NCBI GenBank assembly: GCA_013166835.1
Contig: JABLTI010000021.1
Location: 1-32,100, forward strand
Reading direction: 5' to 3'
Length of the DNA: 32,100 nt
DNA from: Promethearchaeati archaeon
GTDB lineage: Archaea > Asgardarchaeota > Heimdallarchaeia > JABLTI01
Both the position numbers and the translations under genes were made by a program. Numbering within the stretch: the stretch's first letter is position 1; every line of letters begins with the position of its first letter. The notes beneath the pieces are model-generated. The model did no database searches and had not been told where the DNA came from. It was given only the letters and a program-made list of their open reading frames with translations. Below are positions 18,131 through 26,852 of the stretch, piece after piece.

Positions 18131-18517
18131 TTATTCTTCTTTCATTTTCTTAAGTGTTTGACTTAATTTATCTATTGCTTCAGAGAGTTTTACTATTTCA
18201 TCTGTATCTACTGATTTCTCCAATTTCTTGCGGAGATCCTCTATTTTCCCTTTGATTGTTTTTTCAACTTCTGTATCTTCAGAGTTAATTTTTGTTTTTT
18301 GCTTTAATGCTTGTTTGTACTCTTTTGGAAGATCACTCTCATCTCTATATATGTAAACTTCTTGATTACAAATCTTGCAATAGATTTTCTCATCTATCTT
18401 AATTAAAGGGTAATTGCAATTTGGGCATGCAACGTTTAGTAATGTCCCACCTGCTTTAAGAGCAGCAGCAATCGCTTTGATACCATCTTCTTCTTTTATT
18501 GTTTTCTCATTACTCAT
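18131..18517 (-). CDS. UPF0148 / Sjogren-scleroderma autoantigen 1 (ZNRD2)-like Zn-ribbon protein
   Basis: G-x-TLL-x-x-x-CPNCNYPL...YCKIC followed by a C-terminal coiled coil. Confidence 0.85.
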   Translation of the reverse strand: MSNEKTIKEEDGIKAIAAALKAGGTLLNVACPNCNYPLIKIDEKIYCKICNQEVYIYRDESDLPKEYKQALKQKTKINSEDTEVEKTIKGKIEDLRKKLEKSVDTDEIVKLSEAIDKLSQTLKKMKEE

Positions 18518-18532
18518 TTATTTCACCATTTC

Positions 18533-19819
18533 CTAAAACGAAATTTGTTTTTCTATGGATTGTTGTCCAAACACTTTTTGGGTTGCTTTTTTGACTTTTT
18601 CACGATTTTTTGCTGTCGAGTAAACTCTGAAGATATACATCATTCCCATTAATGATTCAAATATTCTTGAGACTTTACGAATATTTACTTCTTTCTTCTT
18701 TCTTTTGCTTCCTTCTCTCATAAACATAGGTATTTCATAAGCAGGGAGATCAATAGAATGGGAATATGGTACGCTTGGAAGTGTTGGAATATCAATGAAT
18801 ACTGTATCAATATCTACTTTTGCTTCTTTAGCTATTTCCTCAATTAAATTCTCTCTGTAATCTTTTTTACTCAAAGTTGATTGTATAAAATCATCACGAG
18901 TCATAAATTCTCGTTCGAATGCAACCTTCAGTAATTTTCTATTCGCTAAATCTTTCATGATTTTCTCTGATGCTTTACAATCCATTAGTTGTGACCAAAC
19001 TGTAAAATCATCCAATTTCACATAATCTTCAGGTGTTTGGAACCCAAGCAAATCAATTTCCTCGTTAGCTAACTCCATAGCTCGAACTATCATTAATTGT
19101 GATGCTCGGGAAACCTTATGAAAATAAATAGTTCTAAACGATTCGACTCTAGCGATAAGAAATGCTTCTAGAGCAGGTAAAGCTGAGTAATTTACAGCTA
19201 AATTGTTATTGATAACTCCCATTGTATACAGAATTCTCATAATATCTACTTGACCATATTCTGCTCCTGTGTGATACGAATCCCTTACAATGAAATCCAT
19301 TTTATCAACATCACATGCTCCAGAAATAACTTGATTTAGGTACCCCTTTCCCTTAATGGTTTTATTTCCATGAATGAACCCAGAAATTTGCTCAACTTTT
19401 ATTCCATGATTATTGAGAATATCAGCAATTTCTGTTTCTTGTATTATCCATCGAGAAAGATCTTCATGGTGTTTATTTATCTTCAATAACATGGCTTCAA
19501 AAGTATGTGAGAATGGTCCATGACCAATATCATGTAGTAATGCGGCTATCCTTAATTGTTTGATTTCGAAATCGGTAATTTCTACATCTTCATCGTTTTT
19601 TAGTGAATTACCCATTTTTTCTGCAAGAAAACTGACTCCTAGTGAATGTTCAAATCTAGTATGATTGGCTCCAGGGTAAACGTATTCTGAACCTGATAGT
19701 TGTTTAATTCTTCTTAATCTTTGATAGTATTTTGTGTCAATCAGTTCTTTATCTAAATCACTTATGAAGATGTATCCATGAATTGGATCTTTTATAAATT
19801 GGATTTTCTTTACAGTCAT
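18533..19819 (-). CDS. HD-domain phosphohydrolase (SAMHD1/dNTPase-like)
   Basis: DPIHG, QRLRRIKQL, HTRFEHSLG, LLHDIGHGPFSH, DVDKMD, IYFHK; ATG at 19819 has a GTGAG RBS. Confidence 0.93.
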   Translation of the reverse strand: MTVKKIQFIKDPIHGYIFISDLDKELIDTKYYQRLRRIKQLSGSEYVYPGANHTRFEHSLGVSFLAEKMGNSLKNDEDVEITDFEIKQLRIAALLHDIGHGPFSHTFEAMLLKINKHHEDLSRWIIQETEIADILNNHGIKVEQISGFIHGNKTIKGKGYLNQVISGACDVDKMDFIVRDSYHTGAEYGQVDIMRILYTMGVINNNLAVNYSALPALEAFLIARVESFRTIYFHKVSRASQLMIVRAMELANEEIDLLGFQTPEDYVKLDDFTVWSQLMDCKASEKIMKDLANRKLLKVAFEREFMTRDDFIQSTLSKKDYRENLIEEIAKEAKVDIDTVFIDIPTLPSVPYSHSIDLPAYEIPMFMREGSKRKKKEVNIRKVSRIFESLMGMMYIFRVYSTAKNREKVKKATQKVFGQQSIEKQISF

Positions 19820-20047
19820 TTTTCTCACTTAATCAAAACTATGGGAGTTAGTTGATAGTTCTATCAAACATTCATTAGTATCGCAATATTCAATTTTATG
19901 CTTAAAAAACAATTTCCTCAATATAAACATAACAATCAAAATCAGTTATTAAAATGAAAAATAATAAAGCTTGGAATTCCAATTTCTTTTCTTCTAGAGC
20001 AAAGAACTTTATCAGTCTTCCCTTTTATGGACGAAAGGGACCATCAT

Positions 20048-20446
20048 CTAATGTGATGGTACGTCTGCCATAATCTGAGATAAGGTGGGTGCATGTTGTG
20101 AGAGACTTCTAACGGTTACAGGCATTGATTGCTGATCAGTTGATCCACCTATAAGGTAGAATCTTCCAAGATCCTTCAAAACTAAAAATCCATTGGAACC
20201 ACGTAGTATAATATCTTGTAACGGACTGAATGATAATCTATCTATTGCTAATTTACTAGTTGATACTAGTGCTGCAGCAACAGCTGATAATTCCACAGGA
20301 TCTATATCTTTATTTTGAGCAAAAAATGCTACTCTCTCGCCTGCATCTGAAACAACTGCAAGTGCTCCTAACTGTGTTTCTGAAGTTATTTGTTGGAGTA
20401 CTGCAACAAGTTCTTTTGCTTTTGATGGTGGGACTTTAATTGACAT
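20048..20446 (-). CDS. Roadblock/LC7 (MglB-like) domain protein
   Basis: Helix, AVVSDAG, ELSAVAAAL, IILRGSNG pattern of the roadblock fold; 132 aa. Confidence 0.8.
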   Translation of the reverse strand: MSIKVPPSKAKELVAVLQQITSETQLGALAVVSDAGERVAFFAQNKDIDPVELSAVAAALVSTSKLAIDRLSFSPLQDIILRGSNGFLVLKDLGRFYLIGGSTDQQSMPVTVRSLSQHAPTLSQIMADVPSH

Positions 20447-20486
20447 TTCTCTTCACACCCTATCTATATTTATGTCTTTATAATAT

Positions 20487-21503
20487 TTATTCAATTTCTA
20501 TTTGAAAAGTACTCATTAAATCTTCAATATCTTGCTCTATTTTTACTTCTTCTTCCTTTTTCTTAGGTTCTTTATCGAGTCTCTTCAAAACTTCTACGAC
20601 TTTTACAACACCGTTTTCAATAATAATTCTTGGAACCCTATCTGGAGCTAAGAAAACTCCTTCAGGTGGATTTGGTGGTACTAGGAAATCATTGCCTTGT
20701 TGTTTATAAACACCAGTTCCAACAATAACTAAATCACGCTCATATCCAGCTGGTACACCTAATTCTTTTATCATATGAAATGCCTTACTCGGATCAACTT
20801 CTTCAATCATTTTTTGATGAGTAGGTCTTGGAGCATGAGTACTAGCTGTTGGTTGAGGAGTTGGTGGTGGTGGAGCTGTGGTTGTTGTTTCAAATCTTTT
20901 TGCTTCTTTTGTTCCTGGGGCTGGTTTAATCATCTGAGGTTCTTTGCCACCCATCATTTCACTTAGAATTGTTTTTTGTGGTTGTCTACTTCTTGGTGCT
21001 TGAGCTTGATCTGGTCTTTTTGCTCGGGGACCATCTTGTGCTTTTGGTTCAGGTCTAGAACCAGCAAATTGGCTTTCACTGGCCTTATCTTTATCTGTAT
21101 AAATGATTTTCTTTGCAGGTGCAGTTCCAGCTAATTTAATATCAACACCACTCTCTAAACCCATTTCTGATGGATTGGTTGGTATACCTCGAGTTGTATC
21201 TTCGACAACACCAACTGTAGCTTCCCCACGGGATCGTTTAATTGTGAAATCAAATTCTTGAGTTTCATCTCCTTCCTCTACAACTGATAAACGATAAGCA
21301 AACCCATAATATGTTTTTCTTAATTCAGCTGCTGCCCTACTCCCGATAAATTTCTTCTTAATTCCGGAATTTGCTCCTTTCCAAAGGAAAATTCGTTTGA
21401 ATTGATCATCTACAACAATTATAACTTTTGTACTCTCAGAAATGAACTCTTTTTCTTCATCTAAAGTCCCATCTTCTAGAACTTTGTAAAATTTCATTGT
21501 CAT
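20487..21503 (-). CDS. Asgard-type gelsolin-domain protein (1DGelX-like) with long Pro-rich linker
   Basis: Gelsolin core VIIVVD...IFLWKG...A...L...VEEGDE-x-x-EF; C-terminal block PAGYERDLVIVG...PEGVF...PRIIIENG resembles the Asgard 'X' domain as I recall it. Confidence 0.8.
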   Translation of the reverse strand: MTMKFYKVLEDGTLDEEKEFISESTKVIIVVDDQFKRIFLWKGANSGIKKKFIGSRAAAELRKTYYGFAYRLSVVEEGDETQEFDFTIKRSRGEATVGVVEDTTRGIPTNPSEMGLESGVDIKLAGTAPAKKIIYTDKDKASESQFAGSRPEPKAQDGPRAKRPDQAQAPRSRQPQKTILSEMMGGKEPQMIKPAPGTKEAKRFETTTTAPPPPTPQPTASTHAPRPTHQKMIEEVDPSKAFHMIKELGVPAGYERDLVIVGTGVYKQQGNDFLVPPNPPEGVFLAPDRVPRIIIENGVVKVVEVLKRLDKEPKKKEEEVKIEQDIEDLMSTFQIEIE

Positions 21504-21699
21504 TTTAGCTTTCTCCTATCAATATGTGGGTGTTTTCACATATTAAGCTTTTAAATAGTGCATTTTTATTTTTTTCTGAATAAATGCTTGCGATATCCTA
21601 AATAACTTTTACTCTTTGTATATAAAATCACTTTTGGTATTGACAAAAATCTAATTTTCATATAATGTGACGAAACAAAATGATTTCTAATTCAGATTT

Positions 21700-22113
21700 T
21701 TATTCCGTCTCATTTTCATTTAGGAATGTATCAATTAATCCTATCGCTTCCATGAATAGCTCTTCGTTGTTTTCTTGGAAGTTAACAGATAGATAAACCA
21801 TTTCTCCAGTGAGTGATACAATCTTTTCTGCAAGTGCTTTTGTATAAAGCTCATTCCTTGTTCCAATAACTGTTGCAGTGGAGAGGTTTTTTCTATCAAT
21901 TATCGGTCGTCTGGATTTTTTGCTTGTTTCATTTTCTCTATCTATTGGAAAGGTGGGTAAAGAAATAGCCATAGTGCCCAGTTTCAAAGATTCTTTTTCT
22001 GATATGACCAGGAAAAAACCATTTGTGAATCTAATTCCTACTAAACACAAATTATCACTTTCTAATTGGAAATATGGTTCTTCTTTGTTTTTTTCTTTAG
22101 TTTGATCTTCCAT
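21700..22113 (-). CDS. Proteasome assembly chaperone 4 (PAC4/PSMG4)-like protein
   Basis: LGTMAISLP...ST-x-x-VIG...ALAEKI...GEMVYLSVN pattern fits the PAC4 family. Confidence 0.65.
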   Translation of the reverse strand: MEDQTKEKNKEEPYFQLESDNLCLVGIRFTNGFFLVISEKESLKLGTMAISLPTFPIDRENETSKKSRRPIIDRKNLSTATVIGTRNELYTKALAEKIVSLTGEMVYLSVNFQENNEELFMEAIGLIDTFLNENETE

Positions 22114-22142
22114 AATAATTCCAACTTTGAATCAATAGGGAT

Positions 22143-22616
22143 CTATTCTAAATAATCTAAATCCAAAACAAAATCAGCAATCGCTTCCATAGCTGGTGTT
22201 ACATTTTTCTGCCAAGATATGATTAGAAGTTGTTTATTTTGTTTTATTCGTGAGAATATTGGGAACAAACCTGAATCTGTAGTTCCAATCCCTATAATAT
22301 CTATTGAATTAGAATTCATGCATTCCAAAGCATTAATAGCTACATGAAGATCTACATCACTCCCAACAATTTCTTCATGAAATCCAAATGAATTTATTAA
22401 TTCTGATTCATCTTGTGATAATTGTTTATCTGTAATTATTTTACCTACTCTTGTAACTCCAATTTCCATCAATGATTCTGTTATTACATTCAATTTTCTA
22501 AGATCAAAATCAGGTAATATTGTAGGACCATCAATTATAATAGCAATTTTCTTCTTATCATCATCTGTAATAATTCTTAGGGCTTTTCCAACTCTATTTA
22601 ACATCCATTTCACCAC
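22143..22616 (-). CDS. NYN/PIN-like domain protein (TIGR00288/DUF88-like), possibly catalytically degenerate
   Basis: IAIIIDGP, SDVDL, TTDSGLFP, ADF motifs. Confidence 0.75.
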   Translation of the reverse strand: MVKWMLNRVGKALRIITDDDKKKIAIIIDGPTILPDFDLRKLNVITESLMEIGVTRVGKIITDKQLSQDESELINSFGFHEEIVGSDVDLHVAINALECMNSNSIDIIGIGTTDSGLFPIFSRIKQNKQLLIISWQKNVTPAMEAIADFVLDLDYLE

Positions 22617-22635
22617 TGAATCTTTTTTCTACTCA

Positions 22636-23400
22636 CTATTTACCATATCTTCGCTCTCTTTGCTGGTAAATCCTAATAGCTCTCCAAAGATCAATTTTTC
22701 TGAAAGCAGGCCAATAAATATCTGTAAAGTATAATTCAGAATATGCACTTTGCCAGAGTAAAAACCCACTTAGTCTTTCTTCACCAGAAGTTCTTATAAT
22801 TAGATCTGGATCAGGGATACCTTCAGTGTAAAGATGATCGTTTATTGTTTCTTCACTTATATCAGTGATATTGATTTCTTCTTTTTGAACTTTAGTAGCG
22901 ATTTTTCTCACAGCATCTACAATTTCAGCTCTTCCACCATAACTAAGTGCAACGTTCAGAATATGCTGTTCATAATCCATAGTTTTTTCTTCGATATCAT
23001 TAATCAATTTTAATATTTTATCAGTAAGAGTATCGCGTCGACCAATAATTTTTACTTTAATCCGATTATCAACAATCAAAGGATCAGTGTTAATTTTGTG
23101 AAGTTTCTTTATTAGTAATTCCATTATCTGCTCTACTTCTTCTGTTGTACGATTAAAGTTCTCAGTAGAGAAAACATAAAGAGTAATTATTTTAATTCCT
23201 AATCTTAAACACCATATTAGAAGTTCATCAACTTTTTCTGCTCCAATGAAGTGACCTTCTTTCGCATCCAATCCTTTCTTCTTAGCGAATCTCCTGTTGC
23301 CATCTAAAATTACTCCTATGTGTTGAGGTTTGGGTCCTTTCTTTATCTGATTCCAAAGCCTTTTTTCATAGAATTTATAAATAGGCGATTGTAATTTCAT
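22636..23400 (-). CDS. uppS: Polyprenyl diphosphate synthase (cis-prenyltransferase)
   Basis: HIGVILDGNRR, FSTENFNR, YGGRAEI, DPDLIIRTSGEERLSGFLLWQ, RRYGK. Confidence 0.97.
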   Translation of the reverse strand: MKLQSPIYKFYEKRLWNQIKKGPKPQHIGVILDGNRRFAKKKGLDAKEGHFIGAEKVDELLIWCLRLGIKIITLYVFSTENFNRTTEEVEQIMELLIKKLHKINTDPLIVDNRIKVKIIGRRDTLTDKILKLINDIEEKTMDYEQHILNVALSYGGRAEIVDAVRKIATKVQKEEINITDISEETINDHLYTEGIPDPDLIIRTSGEERLSGFLLWQSAYSELYFTDIYWPAFRKIDLWRAIRIYQQRERRYGK

Positions 23401-23528
23401 TTCAGATCAACAATATTCTTTAGTATTTTTTATTTTCCTCCTCAACTTTTACGAGGAAATTATATAACTGTTATCTTTTAAACGAGATTCTATATATCAT
23501 TCTTATTATTATACATTAAGTATTTCAT

Positions 23529-24110
23529 CTAAAGTTTTGCTATATCCTTTATTACTATACCAGTTCTTATACTACCAAAATCACAAAATGTTGTGCTCTT
23601 CCAACGTTTGTATACATTATCTAATTGATTTAGAACCTTCGCAAAATAGAGATTGATGACAATCCCATGAGATGCTATTAGAATTCTTTTACTTTCATAC
23701 ATTTTATCAAGTTTATTTATTTTTCCAGAGAATCGACTCAATGCATGAGCTGCTTTTTCCCAATTATTAAATGACTTGTCTAATTCGTGCATACATCTTT
23801 TTACAATTGAGCTATAATCTTCCGTAGTGCTTAAAAAACCTCCAGAATCCCTATCTAATTCATTGAAATCACTGAATTGTGTTACTGATTTTGAATCTCT
23901 CAACGCAAGAGGTTTTACCGTTTGATAGGCTTTTCTCTCACATGATGAGATTATTATATCAAGATCTTTGAATTCTTTTACTGATGTCAATTCTTCAGCT
24001 TCTTTATAACCTTCTTTAGACAAGGTCCATTTAGAAACAGGGATTTTGCCAGTGATCTTAGTTTTTGCATGTCTCAATAAAAGAAATTCATTATTTGCCA
24101 TAGTAAACAA
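23529..24110 (-). CDS. Histidine phosphatase (phosphoglycerate mutase-like) family protein
   Basis: LLRHA, SS-x-x-x-KA-x-QT, F-x-E and ASHG motifs; start may be ATG at 24101. Confidence 0.88.
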   Translation of the reverse strand: MFTMANNEFLLLRHAKTKITGKIPVSKWTLSKEGYKEAEELTSVKEFKDLDIIISSCERKAYQTVKPLALRDSKSVTQFSDFNELDRDSGGFLSTTEDYSSIVKRCMHELDKSFNNWEKAAHALSRFSGKINKLDKMYESKRILIASHGIVINLYFAKVLNQLDNVYKRWKSTTFCDFGSIRTGIVIKDIAKL

Positions 24111-24228
24111 TCATCTTTCAATGTATTATAAAATTGTTGAAAAGAAAATTTCCAAGTATAAAATAATGTCTTCTGAAAATAGAAAATAATGATAAAAGTG
24201 TTGCTAGAACAACATACATTTTTAGAAT

Positions 24229-24660
24229 CTAAAGAACATCAGCAATTTTCCTTGCTGCTCTACCCATTTCTAAAAAGATTAACCCAAGTTTTGCATCTTT
24301 TCGTGAGCTACATGTCAAAACTGCGTTTGGACCTGCGTTCATTGATATGATAGTTCCTTCGGAACCTTCTACAAAAACTCGCTCAATACGTCCTTTTCGC
24401 ATTTCCTCAATAACTCTTTCACCTAATGATAACATTGCTGCAGTCATAGCTGCTAATCTTGTTTCTTCAATATCTCTTGGTAATGCTGATGCGATTGGTA
24501 AACCTTCTACACTTACTACTGCTGCGGCTTCAATCTCAGGGACAGAAGATTCTAATTCCTTTAACATATTATTAAGTTCGGTGTTTCTCCCACCAGCTGC
24601 CCCAAAACCAATAACAGAGAGTAAGTCTTCTCTTGAAACTTGTTCATCTTTACGCTGCAA
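24229..24660 (-). CDS. Roadblock/LC7 domain protein
   Basis: IEAAAVVSVEGLPIASALP, RLAAMTAAMLSLGER, KLGLIFLEM; TTG start with a GAAGGT RBS. Confidence 0.92.
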   Translation of the reverse strand: MQRKDEQVSREDLLSVIGFGAAGGRNTELNNMLKELESSVPEIEAAAVVSVEGLPIASALPRDIEETRLAAMTAAMLSLGERVIEEMRKGRIERVFVEGSEGTIISMNAGPNAVLTCSSRKDAKLGLIFLEMGRAARKIADVL

Positions 24661-25016
24661 TTTGATACCTTCTAAGATTTTGCGTCGGTGAATATTTACT
24701 ATTCAGTCTTTGGTTGTAACCTATTATAAGTTTATTTAATTATGCTATTTCTAACCAAATCCTTATCCACATAATATGATAAATTGAAATTATTAATCCA
24801 CACTATAAAAGAACTTCGAAAGAGGTCTTTTTCGTCAGAGCAATTATTTACGATTTAATTTGGTTAAAAATAGAAAACAAAAAAATCGTAATATTATTAA
24901 AAGATTAAACACTGCAAAGTAATTCAATCAGTTATCAGTAATTTCCTATATCTACGAATCATTTATTAATATGCGTTTATCCAAAAGATTCGACCAGCAT
25001 TTGATGTGAATAGAAT

Positions 25017-25685
25017 TTGAAACGAAGCAAATATCTGACCATTAGCATAACAATTGCCTTAACATGTTTAGTCGTTGCTTATAGTGTAAATACTGCCCAA
25101 TCCATACCTCCAATTGATACACTAGTTCTCTATGTCGCAGCGGAAGACGTTAATCCTTTTGTTGGAGATAATGTAACAATAATTGGCTTCTTCAAACATT
25201 ACTTGAACACAACTGAAAGCTTGCGAAATGTTACTATAGAGCTAAACAATGTTGACGCTGCATTAAACATTACACACGTTAATGTCAATAATTACAATAT
25301 AACAAACTACAATCTCACTCAATACTTATTAGTAGATGAAAATTCAACAACTCCGATTTTCTGGTGGAATTCTACTTACATAAATATTACTTGGGCACAA
25401 TTCGATCATTTGATGACCTTTTCATATAATTTTACGGTTCATTGTCATACTTCTGGACAACAATCAACAGGTCAACCAATTGCTACATATTATCTTAATA
25501 ATGAATTGTTAATCTATAATGGTGCTCATGTCGTTCTGTATGTTGAGCTTATACCACTAACTCTTGCAATACCGTATCCCGAACGTGGTTTGTGGGCGTG
25601 GCAGTGGTGGTTTGTAGGAAGCTTGCTTGTGGCAGCACCTATAATCATAATAGTCATAACTAGACTTACATTATGGAAGAGATAA
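25017..25685 (+). CDS. Surface glycoprotein: signal peptide, Ig-like beta domain, C-terminal TM anchor
   Basis: Signal peptide; ten N-x-S/T sequons; TM FVGSLLVAAPIIIIVI followed by TRLTLWKR. Confidence 0.75.
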   Translation: MKRSKYLTISITIALTCLVVAYSVNTAQSIPPIDTLVLYVAAEDVNPFVGDNVTIIGFFKHYLNTTESLRNVTIELNNVDAALNITHVNVNNYNITNYNLTQYLLVDENSTTPIFWWNSTYINITWAQFDHLMTFSYNFTVHCHTSGQQSTGQPIATYYLNNELLIYNGAHVVLYVELIPLTLAIPYPERGLWAWQWWFVGSLLVAAPIIIIVITRLTLWKR

Positions 25686-25724
25686 AAAACAGACTAGAAT
25701 TACTTGCCTAGTTTTTTGTCATTT

Positions 25725-26819
25725 TCATTTTTCAATGACTTCTTTGTATAATTTTTCATATTGAGGAACGATTACATCTGGATGGAATTTTTCTCGAGCA
25801 ATTCGAGAACCTTCTTCACCGAGTTTCTTTCTTAATTTCTCATCATTTACGAGCGTTAGAATGCTTTCAGCTATTCCATCAACATCTCCGGTTTCAACTA
25901 CGAAACCAGTTTTTTCATGAACATTAACTTCGGGGAGACCACCTGCATTCGATGAAATCACCGGAATTTTGCATGACATTGCTTCTAAAGCAGCTAATCC
26001 AAAACTCTCAATTGCCGAAGGAATGAGAAAGATATCTGTGAAACAGAGAACTCTTGGTACATTAAGCAAACTACCTCGAAACGTAATATTATCCTTTAAT
26101 CCCATAGTAATAGCTAAATCACGACAGTATTCTAGTTCCGGGCCTTGGCCTATCATTTCTAATCTAATGTTTGGATGTTTTTCAACTACTTGGGCTAATG
26201 CCTTAATTATGTCTGGGGATCGTTTCACTTGTCGGAAATTTGAAACATGCGATAATACAATCTCATCTTTTACCGGTTTCTTGATATGTGAGAATTTCTC
26301 TGGATCTACAAAATTATAAATGACTTGAATTTCTTTTTCAATACTATAATGTTCGTCAATGAATTTAGTCATGAATTTAGAAACTGTAGTTAACGCATCA
26401 TGATTATTCAAACTATTCTCCAAGATTGGCTTATATGCGTCATCAAGACCAAGTAAATGTATGTCGGAGCCATGTAAAGTTGAAATGATATTCATTTTTG
26501 GATCAGTAAGTTTTGCTAGATGAAGTGATACAGAATGAGGAATAGCGTAATGCGCATGAAAAACATCTATTTGTTCTTCCTTCTGTAATTTCGATATAAG
26601 CGAAGCAAGAATAATAGTATAAGGTTTGTATTTGAAAAGAGGATAAGACAAAATGTTAACTTCATGAAAGATGAATTTTTCTTCTAATTTCAAGCGTTCA
26701 GGAAGTTGATAGGAAATAAAATGAACCTCATGACCTCGTTCCATTAGCTTTAAACCTAATTCCGTTCCTACAATGCCACTACCACCAAAAGTTGGATAAT
26801 TAATAATTCCAATTTTCAT
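25725..26819 (-). CDS. bshA: N-acetyl-alpha-D-glucosaminyl L-malate synthase
   Basis: KIGI-x-x-YPTFGGSG-x-V-x-TELG, HAHYAIPH, TLHGSDI, HVSNFR-x-VKR, ESFGLAALEAM. Confidence 0.95.
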   Translation of the reverse strand: MKIGIINYPTFGGSGIVGTELGLKLMERGHEVHFISYQLPERLKLEEKFIFHEVNILSYPLFKYKPYTIILASLISKLQKEEQIDVFHAHYAIPHSVSLHLAKLTDPKMNIISTLHGSDIHLLGLDDAYKPILENSLNNHDALTTVSKFMTKFIDEHYSIEKEIQVIYNFVDPEKFSHIKKPVKDEIVLSHVSNFRQVKRSPDIIKALAQVVEKHPNIRLEMIGQGPELEYCRDLAITMGLKDNITFRGSLLNVPRVLCFTDIFLIPSAIESFGLAALEAMSCKIPVISSNAGGLPEVNVHEKTGFVVETGDVDGIAESILTLVNDEKLRKKLGEEGSRIAREKFHPDVIVPQYEKLYKEVIEK

Positions 26820-26852
26820 TTTTCATACCTCGAAATTTCATTCCAGATTATT

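Noticed and set aside
19967-19982. Adjacent HindIII/EcoRI-like sites and the palindrome TTGGAATTCCAA
   Set aside because: Short, AT-rich and no vector context; compatible with chance.
20008-20053. SECIS interpretation of the AUGA...GA hairpin
   Set aside because: The adjacent genes have no in-frame UGA and the stem geometry is too short; kept only as a generic K-turn candidate.
24763-24802. TTATCCACA and TAATCCACA 31 bp apart, resembling bacterial DnaA boxes
   Set aside because: The host is archaeal and there are only two copies, with no cdc6/orc1 or ORB motifs nearby; not an origin, at most a transcription-factor direct repeat.
24813-24832. Small GAAA-tetraloop hairpin followed by Ts
   Set aside because: Only 5 bp and no further ncRNA features or assignable upstream gene.
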